From contig JAUQVK010000013.1 in the NCBI GenBank assembly GCA_039794845.1, positions 380 through 64,074 of the forward strand: a stretch of DNA of 63,695 nucleotides, read 5' to 3'. Position 1 is the stretch's first letter. Every line of letters starts with the position of its first letter. The notes beneath the pieces were generated by a model. That model ran no database searches, was not told where the DNA came from, and was given only the letters and a program-made list of their open reading frames with translations. The translations under genes were made by a program, and so were the position numbers. Positions 51,785 to 62,834 of the stretch are shown here, one piece after another. This DNA is from Thermostichus sp. DRC_bins_24. GTDB lineage: Bacteria; Cyanobacteriota; Cyanobacteriia; Thermostichales; Thermostichaceae.

Positions 51785-52219
51785 ATGAGCCAATTTTGGA
51801 ACAGGGCCAAACGGGTGATGCTCGGCTGTTGCGCTGTGCTGGCCTTCCTACTGATGGGCTTTGGGGCGACTTCCCTGCAACTGAAGGATCTGCACATTAC
51901 CCCCTGCCCTGATACCGCCGAATACTCGAACATGGTGACCAGCACCGCCAACCCAATGGCAGCTAGGTGTTTATTTATCGAGGGAACTGTGGTGAACCGT
52001 TCCAAAAACACCCTGGTCAATGCGGATGTGTTCGGTCGTCTTTACGATGCCAATGGCAATGATGTCATGCCGGAACGCACCCGTCTGGGGGCTATTGAAG
52101 AAGTACCCCCCGGCGAAACCCCCTTCTCGATTCGGATTTCGGTGCCGGTGACCAACCCGCTGCCCTTGACCATGGAGCAATTCAAAGCCAGTGGCTTTAG
52201 CGGTACCGTGCGTCGGTAG
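51785..52219 (+). CDS. Exported protein with FxLYD-like domain
   Basis: Signal/TM segment, GTVVN, FGRLYDANG. Confidence 0.7.
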   Translation: MSQFWNRAKRVMLGCCAVLAFLLMGFGATSLQLKDLHITPCPDTAEYSNMVTSTANPMAARCLFIEGTVVNRSKNTLVNADVFGRLYDANGNDVMPERTRLGAIEEVPPGETPFSIRISVPVTNPLPLTMEQFKASGFSGTVRR

Positions 52220-52221
52220 GG

Positions 52222-53496
52222 TTAGTGCTCACGGGTAAACTCCACCTGGGCAGGGCGTCCGGGCAGATGGAGCTGACTGACCACGGGCGGGGTTTGGGCG
52301 ATCAGCCGGCCGCGACGGAATACATACAAGCACACCGGTTTGAGGCGGATCGCTTCGACGGCATCGGCAGCCTGTAGCACCACCAAATCTGCATGGCAGC
52401 CCGGTTCTAGGCCATAACCTTGCAGCCCCAAAATGCGGGCGGGGTTTTCGGTGACGGCCAAAAAGCATTGGCGCATTTGCTCATAGCCCGTCAGTTGCGC
52501 GGCGTGGATCCCCATGTGAGCTACCTCCAGCATGTTGCCGCTCCCAAGGGGATACCAGGGATCCATCACACAATCATGGCCAAAGGCTACGGTTAGCCCT
52601 GCCGCCATCAGTTCGGGTACTCGCGTGAGCCCCCGCCGTTTGGGGTAGGTATCGTGGCGACCCTGGATCACCATATTGATCAGCGGGTTGGAGATCACCC
52701 CCAGCTCTGCCTCGGCCATTAGGGGGATCAACTTGCTCACGTAGTAGTTGTCCATCGAGTGCATGGAGGTGAGGTGGGATCCGGCCACCCGTCCTTGCAG
52801 ACCCAGCCGCTGGGTTTCATAGGCCAACGTTTCCACGTGGCGAGACAGGGGATCATCCGTCTCATCGCAGTGCATATCCACCCGCAGGCCCCGCTCAGCG
52901 GCGATCTCACACAAGGCCCGTACCGAAGCCGCCCCCTCCGCCATCGTCCGCTCAAAATGAGGGATCCCGCCCACCACCTCTACCCCCAAGTCGAGGGCTT
53001 TCTCCAACAACGCCACAGCGCCCGGCGAGCGGTAATAGCCATCCTGCGGAAAAGCCACCAATTGCAAATCCAAGTAAGGGGCCACTTTTTGTTTCACCGC
53101 CAGCAAAGCCCGCACCGCCAGCAAACTGGGATCACAAATATCCACATGGGTGCGAATCGCCAAAATGCCCCGGGCCACGGCCCAATCACAATAGGCCAGG
53201 GCTCTCTCCATCACGGCTTCTGGAGTCAACAGCGGCTTTAGCTCTCCCCAGAGGGCAATCCCCTCCAGTAAGGTGCCCGATTGGTTGACCCGCGGGATCC
53301 CGTAGCTGAGGGTGGCATCCATATGAAAGTGGGCATCCACAAAGGGGGGCGACACCAAACGACCGCTCACGTCGAGCTCTTGGGCGGCGGTGGCTTGTAG
53401 GTTCGCTTCTAGGGCAACGATGCGGCCTGCTTCAATGCCAATATCCAAACCCCTGCGGCCATCCGGCAAATTGGCCCGACGCAAAATGAGATCCAT
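52222..53496 (-). CDS. codA: Cytosine deaminase family amidohydrolase
   Basis: DAHFHMD, VAFPQDG, MHCDETDD, GHDCVMDPWY. Confidence 0.9.
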   Translation of the reverse strand: MDLILRRANLPDGRRGLDIGIEAGRIVALEANLQATAAQELDVSGRLVSPPFVDAHFHMDATLSYGIPRVNQSGTLLEGIALWGELKPLLTPEAVMERALAYCDWAVARGILAIRTHVDICDPSLLAVRALLAVKQKVAPYLDLQLVAFPQDGYYRSPGAVALLEKALDLGVEVVGGIPHFERTMAEGAASVRALCEIAAERGLRVDMHCDETDDPLSRHVETLAYETQRLGLQGRVAGSHLTSMHSMDNYYVSKLIPLMAEAELGVISNPLINMVIQGRHDTYPKRRGLTRVPELMAAGLTVAFGHDCVMDPWYPLGSGNMLEVAHMGIHAAQLTGYEQMRQCFLAVTENPARILGLQGYGLEPGCHADLVVLQAADAVEAIRLKPVCLYVFRRGRLIAQTPPVVSQLHLPGRPAQVEFTREH

Positions 53497-53572
53497 AGTG
53501 GGATTCGAGAACCCTTTCCGCCAGTCTAGTGCTCAACCGTTGATCATGATCAATCCAGAGAGAAAAAACTAA

Positions 53573-53712
53573 GGGCGCATCCCAGCTATGCAAGTTTGCC
53601 CTCATCCCCCAGCCCCTTCTCCCAAAAAGGAAGAAGGGGAACCAGATTGGAAGTCCCTCTCCCGCTTTGGGAGAGGGATTTAGGGTGAGGGTTACAAAAG
53701 TGGGATACACCC
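53573..53712. mobile_element. MITE-like dispersed repeat with imperfect terminal inverted repeats
   Basis: GGGCGCATCCCA...TGGGATACACCC ends; two internal CCCCTTCTCCC/CCCTCTCCC hairpins. Confidence 0.65.
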
Positions 53713-53756
53713 AAAACTAACCTGCCCAAAAAGCAACTGTGATGGAGTCTTAGAAC

Positions 53757-56057
53757 TTAGCTTCCGGTTCCCGTCAAAATCTCCAGATCTTCGACCGCTT
53801 CTGTGGGCAGAGGATGTGGATAGTCAATGGCGTAGCCCTGGGCGTAATCAATGCCGATGGCTCGTATTTTCTCCAGAATGTCAGGAGTTTCCACACATTC
53901 TGCGACCGTGCGTAACTGCATCACATGGGCAACCCGGCAGAGGGCTTCCACAATGGCCAGGTGGGCAGGATTGGTTAAGATATCCCGAACGAATGAGCCG
54001 TCGATCTTGATGAAGTCAACCGGCAGTTCCTTCAGATAGCTAAACGAGGACATACCGGCCCCAAAATCATCCAAAGCAAATCGGCACCCCAGTTTCTTGA
54101 ACCTGTGCATAAACTGAGTTGCTCTTTCCATGTGATTAATAGCCGTAGTTTCGGTGATCTCAAAGCAAACTAAATGAGGAGGGATCTGATAGCACTCCAG
54201 TTCACTCTGCAGAAAATCTGCAAACTCTAAATCGCTGATACTGAGCGCAGACAGGTTGATGGCATAGGTTTTGTTACAGTGGCCCAACTGACAGGATGGC
54301 CAAGTTTGAGCACAAAGAGAAGCATAGTTTGAGAATAAAGTGCGAATGACCCAGCGATCGAGCATGGGCATGATTCCATAGCGTTCTGCAGCCGGGATAA
54401 ACGCGCCCGGAGGCACTAAGTTGCCCCTTGTATCTCTGAGGCGAAGCAATACCTCATAATGTTCTCCTTCCCCTTGAAAAGTAGGGTTGACCGACAGAAT
54501 CGTTTGCAAAAATAGGCAAAACCGATCTTCGCTCAAAGCTTTGGTGAGTTCCGAAACCCACTCCATTTCCTGTTGTTGACGGCTAAGGCCTTCATCTCCG
54601 GGCTGATGAACTTGGACGCGATTGCGACCTTGATTTTTGGCGGCATAACAAGCGGCATCGGCAGCACTCATGATCTGGGCTAGGGTTTCTCCACTCTTTT
54701 GAAAGCGGGTCACCCCAATGCTGACACTGGGCACAAAGACTTTATCCTGCCAGAGAAACCGGTAATCTCGAATGGCTTGATTGAGGCGAACGGCAATTTC
54801 TGCAGCCTCTTCTAAAGAGGTATGGGGCAACAGGACGCCAAATTCATCTCCTCCTAGCCGTGCCAATACATCTGTTGAACGCAACTGTGTGCCTAACGTT
54901 TTGGCGATTTGTCGGAGCAGCTCATCCCCAGCATTGTGACCACAGGTATCATTCACAACTTTCAGTTGATCGAGATCGAGGTAGCACAGCGAGTGTACCC
55001 CCCCCTCTTTTAAGAGTTGCTCGAGTCTGACTTCAAACTCCCAGCGATTAAACAGCCCCGTTAAGGGATCCCGACTGGCTTGCCATGCCAGCTTGGTTTT
55101 ATCTGCCTTTTGTTGTTCCCAGAGGGTAATGAGATTTTGCGACAAAACAATGATGAAGGATCCCAGGAGTAGGGTGACTCCCCCAAAGGAAATGAGCAAA
55201 AATCTTAGGCTTTTTAAGCCTCGTTGATAAATGGAACGGGGCTGGATAGTCTCAAGCAATAGGGCTGGATTTTCAGATAAATCCCTGAGAACACTGTAGC
55301 CATGGATCGTATGTTCATCTTCAGGCAAAACAACAATAGATTCGCCATCTCTCAGTAAATCAAAAACATGAGGCTTGTTTGATACTAGCTTGCTATCCAA
55401 AGGGTGAAAGATGACTGTCTGGCGAGTTCTATTGGAAATATTCTCTGCAATTTCTTCGTCCAAAACCTTAGCAGTCAGTAAATTTCCAGGACTAGGACCA
55501 GATTCGTTGCTTCTAAAAATTGGACTAATGCTAACCATGAAAATATTGTCAGACAGTATAATAAAGCCGGATACAGGATTTCTGGGATCCAAAGACTGAC
55601 TGAATAACTGATGGCTTCTTAGATAGTCAATAATCTCATCTGGAAAGGGGACTTTCTCATTGCTCGAAGGATCGTAAAAGTCTCCATAGACCAACTGATC
55701 TTGAGGATTCACAAAGGCAATTAAGTCAAACCCAGAGGCTAGAAAGACATCTTCATATAGATTGTTCTCGATATACTCTGCAGTCGGCGCTTGAATAAAC
55801 TCGTAGCTTTCATCCCATACAGACCACTGGTAGTTCACTACATTGAGCTGGTCAAGATAGCCCTGATACGCTTCTTGGGCTCTTTCGACATTCCGCTTGA
55901 CTTCCGCTTCTTCTAGCTGAAGGTAGTTTGTGTGCAAGGTAACCGAGGAGAGGCCGTACATCAGGCCAAACATTCCCACCGCCCCGCCGATCAAAGTGAA
56001 GGTAACTTTCTGACGCAGTGACAAAAAACCCCCGTACCGACTGACATGAGACGGCAT
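53757..56057 (-). CDS. Membrane-bound CHASE4-GGDEF-EAL diguanylate cyclase/phosphodiesterase
   Basis: Two TM helices around WSVWDESYEF; RSTD-x5-GGDEF; EVLLR, DDFGAG, KIDGSF, QGY. Confidence 0.92.
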   Translation of the reverse strand: MPSHVSRYGGFLSLRQKVTFTLIGGAVGMFGLMYGLSSVTLHTNYLQLEEAEVKRNVERAQEAYQGYLDQLNVVNYQWSVWDESYEFIQAPTAEYIENNLYEDVFLASGFDLIAFVNPQDQLVYGDFYDPSSNEKVPFPDEIIDYLRSHQLFSQSLDPRNPVSGFIILSDNIFMVSISPIFRSNESGPSPGNLLTAKVLDEEIAENISNRTRQTVIFHPLDSKLVSNKPHVFDLLRDGESIVVLPEDEHTIHGYSVLRDLSENPALLLETIQPRSIYQRGLKSLRFLLISFGGVTLLLGSFIIVLSQNLITLWEQQKADKTKLAWQASRDPLTGLFNRWEFEVRLEQLLKEGGVHSLCYLDLDQLKVVNDTCGHNAGDELLRQIAKTLGTQLRSTDVLARLGGDEFGVLLPHTSLEEAAEIAVRLNQAIRDYRFLWQDKVFVPSVSIGVTRFQKSGETLAQIMSAADAACYAAKNQGRNRVQVHQPGDEGLSRQQQEMEWVSELTKALSEDRFCLFLQTILSVNPTFQGEGEHYEVLLRLRDTRGNLVPPGAFIPAAERYGIMPMLDRWVIRTLFSNYASLCAQTWPSCQLGHCNKTYAINLSALSISDLEFADFLQSELECYQIPPHLVCFEITETTAINHMERATQFMHRFKKLGCRFALDDFGAGMSSFSYLKELPVDFIKIDGSFVRDILTNPAHLAIVEALCRVAHVMQLRTVAECVETPDILEKIRAIGIDYAQGYAIDYPHPLPTEAVEDLEILTGTGS

Positions 56058-56179
56058 AATCCATCGAAAGTGGCTTAACTTGTATCAAATTTATCACAGA
56101 ACGGTGAAATAGTAGGGAAGAATCCTCCTTGCCAAATTTGTGGGTTGTTACAACTCAGGCTCTAAGCTCTAGGACTTTC

Positions 56180-57706
56180 TCAAAATCCCCCTGACTGACA
56201 GGCTCGATACAGGGATCCCAGCTTGGGCAAATTCAACACGGTGGCATCTTCGGGGTTCACCTTGAGCAGATGATGAGCCAGCAGCAAGCCTGCCACCGTC
56301 CAGGTTTGATAGAGCCGTGCCTGTTGACCCATCCAGACCCCCGTTGGGCCATCGAAGTATTCCGCCCACTTCTGCTCCGGCAAGCGCCGCAGCAGAATTT
56401 GATAAGACTCCTGCAACAGATCCAGCATGGGCAAATAGAGCCAACCATTGCGCAAACCAGAATCGGGGCGGGATCCCTGTGCTGGCGTACCCTGTTGATG
56501 ACGCAGCACCGCCAAGATCAAAAACCAAAGCAGACAGGGCCAGTGGCCGGCATTGTGGTAGCACCAAGCACGGTTTTTGGGGTCATAGCCGGTTTTGTTG
56601 CGCCAGTCGGCATCATCCAAAGGGGGATGACAAATGCGCAACGGCATGTCGGCAACCAGCTCACCCCGATTCTGCAGGATCAGGCTAAACAAAGCCCGCT
56701 GCTGCGCCTGCGAAAGCACGTCGAAGATCGCCCCCAAACAGTTCCCCAAGGAGAAAAAGCGAAAATCCGGTCGGCCCGTGCGCACATTGCCGATCAAATA
56801 GCCCCCACGGGATCCCAGCCAGTGTTGGAGCCAATGGGGGATGGTCTCCGTTTGGATGTTGTACTCATTGCTAATGGCATCGCCATACTGTTCGGTGGGT
56901 CGTCGCCGCAACACCTGTACTGTGTGGGTATTCACCCAATAATGTTTCAGCAGGTAGCGCCGCAGTCGTCTGGCCCAGTTCACCACCTGCTGCGTTTGCC
57001 ACAGGCGCTTCTGCGCCAAGGGATCCGAGCCACAACCCTCTTCCGTTTGCAGATTCAAGCGGATCAGGGCCGCCGTGCTCAACAGTGCTCCGTAAAGCAA
57101 CACCTGAATCTCCAGCGGACAGCCCCACACATCCATTGGGCGATCGATCATAAAGGCCCCATCCGGCACATGCAGAGTCGGTGCCTCCCGAAACCCCGGA
57201 CGCAAAATCAAATCGAGAAAGCGTTGCAGTCCCTTTTGCACCTGGGGCTGCCGGGCCCAATCTTCATCTTGGCTGCGTTGCACGTACACATAAGCCAAAA
57301 TCGGCCACCAGAGCGTGGCATCCACCGAGATCACCCGTCCAATCGCCCGTTGGCCATAGTCCCCCAGCAAGCGATCCCCCTCCACCGTAAAACTGCTGGG
57401 AAAAATCCCTGCCGTTTGCGGACAGGTGCTTTGCAAGCTTAAACAGGTATCTAAGAAGCGGCGCACGATGTCTGCCCGTCCATCCAGCAGGAAAAACACC
57501 ATCACCGGCACGTTGTCGCGGATAAATACCTCGTGATAGTTGAGGTCGGGGACGGATCCCATCACCTTCAGTTGGCCTTCGACGTAGACATGGGTTTTCT
57601 GAGGGATCGCCGCCAAGGTGCCGATGGGCTTGTCTTGGTAGTAGACCATGGCGCGGTTGTAGAGCAGGTCGCGGGCGATGCGGATGATCTCAGCTTCGGG
57701 GAGCAT
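56180..57706 (-). CDS. Alkaline/neutral invertase (GH100)
   Basis: LNYHEVFIRD, GQRAIGRV.SVD, MIDRPM, YHNAGHWP, WAEYFDG. Confidence 0.92.
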   Translation of the reverse strand: MLPEAEIIRIARDLLYNRAMVYYQDKPIGTLAAIPQKTHVYVEGQLKVMGSVPDLNYHEVFIRDNVPVMVFFLLDGRADIVRRFLDTCLSLQSTCPQTAGIFPSSFTVEGDRLLGDYGQRAIGRVISVDATLWWPILAYVYVQRSQDEDWARQPQVQKGLQRFLDLILRPGFREAPTLHVPDGAFMIDRPMDVWGCPLEIQVLLYGALLSTAALIRLNLQTEEGCGSDPLAQKRLWQTQQVVNWARRLRRYLLKHYWVNTHTVQVLRRRPTEQYGDAISNEYNIQTETIPHWLQHWLGSRGGYLIGNVRTGRPDFRFFSLGNCLGAIFDVLSQAQQRALFSLILQNRGELVADMPLRICHPPLDDADWRNKTGYDPKNRAWCYHNAGHWPCLLWFLILAVLRHQQGTPAQGSRPDSGLRNGWLYLPMLDLLQESYQILLRRLPEQKWAEYFDGPTGVWMGQQARLYQTWTVAGLLLAHHLLKVNPEDATVLNLPKLGSLYRACQSGGF

Positions 57707-58107
57707 ACCGGTGTGTTGAGGGGGCCGAGTTCTATTCTTACCGACGCAACCTAGACCTCTAGGAAAAAGCAAGGGATCCGGATCCCTATCCAACGCTGAG
57801 AATGCTTTCAGTCCGGTTCCTCCGGCTCGAACATAAACATATATAAACTAATGAGAAAACGGGTTGCGAATCTGAGTTTCTCCACAAAGAAGCAAGATAA
57901 AGTCAAAGAATGAAACTTAATTTTGATGGCAAAAGATGGTGATTTCACTTGGGCGATCATCGAACTACCTTGTCATCGATCATCTTATTTGCTCGCATTT
58001 GAATCATCGCAACTAAAGAGTGTCTTTTATGGCCAAATCTATGGCCACAGTCGCTTGGTTTTTGTCATGACCAATGATTTGAACAATCCGATTGGGAGCC
58101 AAAGCCG

Positions 58108-58953
58108 ATGGATGCGAGAGAACTTTTGCTTCGTTACGAGTCCGGCGAGAGAGACTTTCGCAGTGTGGACTTGAGCGGGGAGCGACTCACCCAAGCCAAC
58201 CTCACGGGGGCCAATCTGACGGGGGCTCTGCTGGTGGGTACGGACTTGAATGGAGCTTGTTTGCATCGGGTGGAATTGGCCGGAGCTTGTCTGAGCGGGG
58301 CTAAGGTGACAGGGGCAGATTTATCTGCAGCCAATTTGGATCATATCGACCTCAGTGGCGCCAATTTGTGGCGCTCCGACCTGAGCAAAACCTTGTTGAC
58401 CGAAGCCAATTTGGGCCGTTCCAATCTCCATGCCGTGCGCTTGAGTGGGGCCAATCTGCACAAGGCCGATTTGAATGGGGTAAACCTGGTAGAAGCCAAC
58501 CTGGTGGAAGCCAACTTAAGTGAGGCCAGCCTCTCCCGTGCCATTTTGAACCAGGCGAAATTGGCTTCTGCCCATTTGCAAGGGGCCGATTTGGAACAAG
58601 CGGAGTTGATGCAAGCCAATCTCTGTGATGCCGATTTGAGGCGGGCCAATTTAGTGGGGGCCAACCTTCGGGATGCCAATCTATTGCGGGCCAACCTAAC
58701 CGGGGCCAACCTGACCGGGGCCAATTTGTTTCGGGCCAACCTAATGAACACACAGTTGGGTCTTGCCTGTTTGCGGGGGGCTAATTTGGATTGGTCGGAG
58801 CTAACAGAAGCCAACCTGACGGAGGCCGATCTGCGCTGGAGCCGTTGCGAGAATGCCAACTTCAGCGGGGCCAACCTCCACAGAACCAATCTGACGGAGG
58901 TCGATTTGACCACTGCCATTCTGCGGGGAACCAGCCTCAGCTACGTTCTGTAG
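58108..58953 (+). CDS. Pentapeptide repeat protein
   Basis: Continuous A(N/D)Lxx repeats after a YESGERDF cap. Confidence 0.93.
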   Translation: MDARELLLRYESGERDFRSVDLSGERLTQANLTGANLTGALLVGTDLNGACLHRVELAGACLSGAKVTGADLSAANLDHIDLSGANLWRSDLSKTLLTEANLGRSNLHAVRLSGANLHKADLNGVNLVEANLVEANLSEASLSRAILNQAKLASAHLQGADLEQAELMQANLCDADLRRANLVGANLRDANLLRANLTGANLTGANLFRANLMNTQLGLACLRGANLDWSELTEANLTEADLRWSRCENANFSGANLHRTNLTEVDLTTAILRGTSLSYVL

Positions 58954-58987
58954 AACTTCACAGCGGGGCTTCGACAAGAGCCGCAAT

Positions 58988-59148
58988 TACAGCCCTTGCG
59001 CGGGTTTTCTACAGCAGGGCTTGTGTTTCCTTTTCTCGCGCTCCGCGAGGTGCGGAGCACTAGCCTTCTAGAGAGCGGATCCTAACTCCCACAGTTGTTA
59101 TGCATGACTAGCAGTCACGCCGGTGTGCCCTGGGCGTAAAGGACTGCA
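58988..59148 (+). mobile_element. MITE family A copy with decayed right end
   Basis: TA-CAGCCCTT...AAGGACTG-CA; internal GCTCCGC-gaggt-GCGGAGC hairpin. Confidence 0.8.
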
Positions 59149-59162
59149 ACTCATCCTGAACA

Positions 59163-59233
59163 AGCGGGCGGACGGAATCGAACCGACAACAACAGTTTGG
59201 AAGACTGTAGTTTTACCATTAAACTACGCCCGC
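59163..59233 (-). tRNA. trnG: tRNA-Gly(UCC)
   Basis: GCGGGCG/CGCCCGC stem, ACAGT-CTTCCAA-ACTGT anticodon arm, GGTTCGATTCC. Confidence 0.95.
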
Positions 59234-59296
59234 ACAGGAACTTATCCGTACCGGATGCCCATGATAACACCTCTGATTCCTTCACTGCGGAGTCTC

Positions 59297-59740
59297 CTAT
59301 TTGGGGTGTTTGTGTTTGAGGCGTTTCTTCTGCCACTTGTGAAAGTCCTGCTCGTAACGCTCGCCCTCGGTTTGGTAAGTGTTCCAGCCTTTCAGGGAAA
59401 CCGCTAAGCCCCAGCCCATCAACACAAACAGCGACCAAGACAGCCCTCCACCCGAGAGTAAGTCCAACCCCACCAGAAAGCCATTGACGATGCCATACCG
59501 ACCCAGTAAGTGGTAGAACTGCCTGCGGCGGTAGCGTTGAAACTCTTGCCGTTGGCTGTTCAGGTGTTGCCAGGCTTCCCATTCCTGTTCCGCCAGCTCC
59601 AGCTCGCGGTCAGAGATCCCCAATTCAGCGGCCATTTCCTGCAGTTGGGAGCGGGTAAACTCCCCCAGCCGCGGTTGGCGGGCGATGGCCCGTTGTAGAA
59701 TCTGTTGCACGTCCTCTTGGCTGTACCGGGATCCCGACAT
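59297..59740 (-). CDS. 2TM-domain protein
   Basis: YSQEDVQQILQRAIARQ...two TM helices, WGL. Confidence 0.8.
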   Translation of the reverse strand: MSGSRYSQEDVQQILQRAIARQPRLGEFTRSQLQEMAAELGISDRELELAEQEWEAWQHLNSQRQEFQRYRRRQFYHLLGRYGIVNGFLVGLDLLSGGGLSWSLFVLMGWGLAVSLKGWNTYQTEGERYEQDFHKWQKKRLKHKHPK

Positions 59741-59918
59741 TGGCCTTACACACAACTTTATAATCCTTAGTTTATGCCAGCCAGATCTTGCAGCTCATTA
59801 AGCTCCTCATTCTCGGGGATCCCAGCCGCTAGACTGAATGAATCAGTAAGCCTGCTCTTCAGAGGTTTGCCCTCTCTGTGTTGGTTGCCCATGACCCGCT
59901 CATTTTGCCGATAGGGCT

Positions 59919-61913
59919 ATGACTTCTACTCGCTCTAGACCCACCTCTCGCCAGAGCCGTCAGAGTCGTACTTCCCTACTGAGCGATCTGTTGGGGGCTC
60001 TGCCTCACCTACGCCCACAGCTGTATTTCAAATCTTCTCTGGTTGCCCTCAGCCACGCCATCGAGGATCAAGTCTTGCAAGGGCAGGGATCCCCGTGGGT
60101 GTTTGCCAATTTTCAAAAGGAGCGTTACTACCGCCAAGAGGCTCGTCGCTACCGTCGCATCAGCGCCATTGCCCAAGATGTGTTCGTGCTGGCTACTCCG
60201 GAGACCGACTTTGCCCAAACGGGCTTGCCTTACCACACTGTTCCCCTCGATCCGGCGGATCCCTTGGCGCAAGAGTGGCATGTGATCGTTATCGATGCCA
60301 GCTACACCACCTGCTTGGTCTGCCGAGAACGGGCACGGGTCAAGCGCAGCCAATCCTGGGGGGGCAGCGATATGGATACCGCCCGCCAGTTCGATGGGAT
60401 TTGGTCCTTTGATCGCCTCACCACCACCCAGGCAGCTTTGGCCCTATTGCCCAAGATCCTCAGCTATCGACCGGATTTGGCCTCCCGCATCGAGCCGATT
60501 CGTCAGCACCTGGAGGGATCCCTAGGGGACAGGCCCAGCCAACTTAACCCCGGCCCCTTTACCGAGCGGCTGATCACCTATTTGCAGGCGGGGCAATACA
60601 AACTCCAGCGCACCTACCGCACGATTCAAGCTCAAGAGCGCAAAGAGCACCTGATCAACCGCATCAGCAGCGCCATTCGTCAGTCTTTGGATCCCGGCGA
60701 TATTCTCGCCATTGCCGTCCAGGAATTGGGGCAGGTGGCGGAAGTAGGGCGGTGTCTGATCTACCGCTACGACGGCCAAACCCCCCAGGTGCAGATCGAG
60801 CAGGAGTATCGCACCTTAACCATGGGCAGCCTCAAGGGATCCCCTTGGCCGATTCAGATCAACCCGTTTTTGCGGGAGGCGATTCAAACGGGGCAGCCGG
60901 TGTGTTGTGAAGACAGCGAGAACGATCAGCGCTTGCATGGGATCCCGGAGCTGTGGCAAGCTGCCAAAATTCGCGCTTGGGTGGCCATGCCGATTCTTTA
61001 TCAGGGGCGGCTGCTGGGCCTACTGGAGCTGCACCACGAGCAACCCCATCGCTGGCCATCCGCCACCCTGGAGCTGGCAGAAGCCATTGCCAATCAGGTG
61101 GGGGTGGCCCTGCTGCAGGCGGAAGCCTATCAGCACCTCGAGGAGTTGAACCAACAGTTGGAAGCCCTGGATCAGGCCAAATCGGAGCTGATCGCCGTGA
61201 CGGGCCATGAGCTGCGGACCCCGCTTTCTACCATTCAGGTGTGTTTGGAATCGCTGGCCAGCGACCCCGACATGCCTTTGGAGATGCGCCAGGAAATGTT
61301 GAACACGGCCCTACAGGATGCCGGTCGGTTGCGGGAACTGGTGCAGGATTTTCTCACCCTCTCCAAACTGGAAAGTGGCCGCATTCGTTGGCACATCGAG
61401 CCGTTGTCTGCCCAAGAATGTGTGGATCTGGCCCTGAGCAACATCAAGGCCCGTCGTCGATATGAGGCCCTGCCCGCCATTGAGCAAGTGGTGCCGAAGC
61501 GGCTGCCGATGGTGAGTGCCGATGGGGAATGGCTGGTGGAGGTGCTGCGCAAGCTGCTGGACAATGCCTGCAAGTTTACCCCCGCCAGTGGACAGGTGTG
61601 GATCCGGGTGGAGGTAATGGAAGCAACGGCTGGATCGGGTGGGATGGTGAAGTTCACCGTCGCCGACAGCGGGCGGGGCATTGAGGCGGATCGGTTGCAG
61701 GCCATCTTCGAGCGGTTTTACCAAGCGGAGGGATCCCTGCGGCGTTCGGTGGGAGGGACAGGCTTGGGGCTGGCCATTTGCCGATTGATCATTGAGGCCA
61801 TGGGGGGGCGCATTTGGGCCGAATCGGCGGGGTTAAACCAGGGCAGCGCCTTCCACTTCACACTGCCGATGGTGCACCCACAAACCCAAGGGAAACCCTC
61901 CATCGCCGCCTGA
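59919..61913 (+). CDS. DICT-GAF sensor histidine kinase
   Basis: LSHAIED, FQKERYY, EWHVI, a GAF domain, HELRTPL, DNACKFT, GTGLGL. Confidence 0.92.
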   Translation: MTSTRSRPTSRQSRQSRTSLLSDLLGALPHLRPQLYFKSSLVALSHAIEDQVLQGQGSPWVFANFQKERYYRQEARRYRRISAIAQDVFVLATPETDFAQTGLPYHTVPLDPADPLAQEWHVIVIDASYTTCLVCRERARVKRSQSWGGSDMDTARQFDGIWSFDRLTTTQAALALLPKILSYRPDLASRIEPIRQHLEGSLGDRPSQLNPGPFTERLITYLQAGQYKLQRTYRTIQAQERKEHLINRISSAIRQSLDPGDILAIAVQELGQVAEVGRCLIYRYDGQTPQVQIEQEYRTLTMGSLKGSPWPIQINPFLREAIQTGQPVCCEDSENDQRLHGIPELWQAAKIRAWVAMPILYQGRLLGLLELHHEQPHRWPSATLELAEAIANQVGVALLQAEAYQHLEELNQQLEALDQAKSELIAVTGHELRTPLSTIQVCLESLASDPDMPLEMRQEMLNTALQDAGRLRELVQDFLTLSKLESGRIRWHIEPLSAQECVDLALSNIKARRRYEALPAIEQVVPKRLPMVSADGEWLVEVLRKLLDNACKFTPASGQVWIRVEVMEATAGSGGMVKFTVADSGRGIEADRLQAIFERFYQAEGSLRRSVGGTGLGLAICRLIIEAMGGRIWAESAGLNQGSAFHFTLPMVHPQTQGKPSIAA

Positions 61914-61924
61914 ACCTCTTGCCC

Positions 61925-62746
61925 TTAGCGGCTGAGGGGCCACCAGCTTACCTTGCCCCGGGTATTGCCGTAGATCTCATCCAGTTGCTCCAAATCTCGA
62001 ATCGAGAGGCCATCACTGCCGGCTTCTGAGTGGGGTTGAAGCACCCCCACCTGGGTCATTCCCTTCAAAACTTGTTCAACGGTGCGGGGGTTGAGCTGGC
62101 TGGCCCGGGCGATGATGTCGATGGGTAGGTCGAAGCTAAAAGTACCGGAGCTATCCGGCTGGTTGCCCAGCTCCTGTTCTTGATAAACCAGGGCTTTGAG
62201 CACTGTGGCCACCGCCTGAGGAGGGTAGGCGCTGCAATTGAGCAGATGATATTGAAACTTCTCCCGCAACTCGAACAGGCGCTTGTAACGGTGCTGTAGG
62301 GTTTCGTGGTTGCGGTAGAGCTCTTGAAACGCCTCCAGGGAAATGCGCAAGACGGTGGTGGTTTTGTAGGCCTCCACCAAGCTGGGAAAGGCGTAGTCCA
62401 ACAGGCCGTAGCTGAAGGGCAAATTGCGCATGCCCAAACAACTGCCGGGATAGTTAATGCCGATGATCCGATCCAGCGGGCTACTGCGGATGATGATCGG
62501 GCCGCCCCCCAGCACAACGTAGAGGTTTTGCAGCGATTTTTCCGGTTGAAAGGCGGTAAAGAGAGACTGACTGGCGTAGAACTTCTCGATTTGGTGGGCC
62601 TCGACCTTCAGCTCCCCTGCCAAGGCAACGGGATCCCAGCCCCGAAACAAGTAGGCGTGCTCCACCAAGCTCTGCAGCACCTGCGAAAGGGGGCCGGTGA
62701 AGCTGTCGGGGATGCGCGTACTGGGCATACAGGGGGTTGAAGGCAT
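61925..62746 (-). CDS. Crp/Fnr-like regulator (start uncertain)
   Basis: cNMP-like beta domain plus C-terminal HTH (IIARASQLNPRTVEQVLKGM). Confidence 0.65.
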   Translation of the reverse strand: MPSTPCMPSTRIPDSFTGPLSQVLQSLVEHAYLFRGWDPVALAGELKVEAHQIEKFYASQSLFTAFQPEKSLQNLYVVLGGGPIIIRSSPLDRIIGINYPGSCLGMRNLPFSYGLLDYAFPSLVEAYKTTTVLRISLEAFQELYRNHETLQHRYKRLFELREKFQYHLLNCSAYPPQAVATVLKALVYQEQELGNQPDSSGTFSFDLPIDIIARASQLNPRTVEQVLKGMTQVGVLQPHSEAGSDGLSIRDLEQLDEIYGNTRGKVSWWPLSR

Positions 62747-62834
62747 CGGCAACAGGCTAGCATTCTCGTTTCGCTCGGACAATCTGCTGCACACCGAAGA
62801 CCATGGCCCCCCACGCTGCCTGAGCCATTTCGCC

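Noticed and set aside
58108..58953. 15-bp periodic GCCAA(C/T)(C/T)T repeats
   Set aside because: Explained by pentapeptide-repeat protein coding, not a DNA array.
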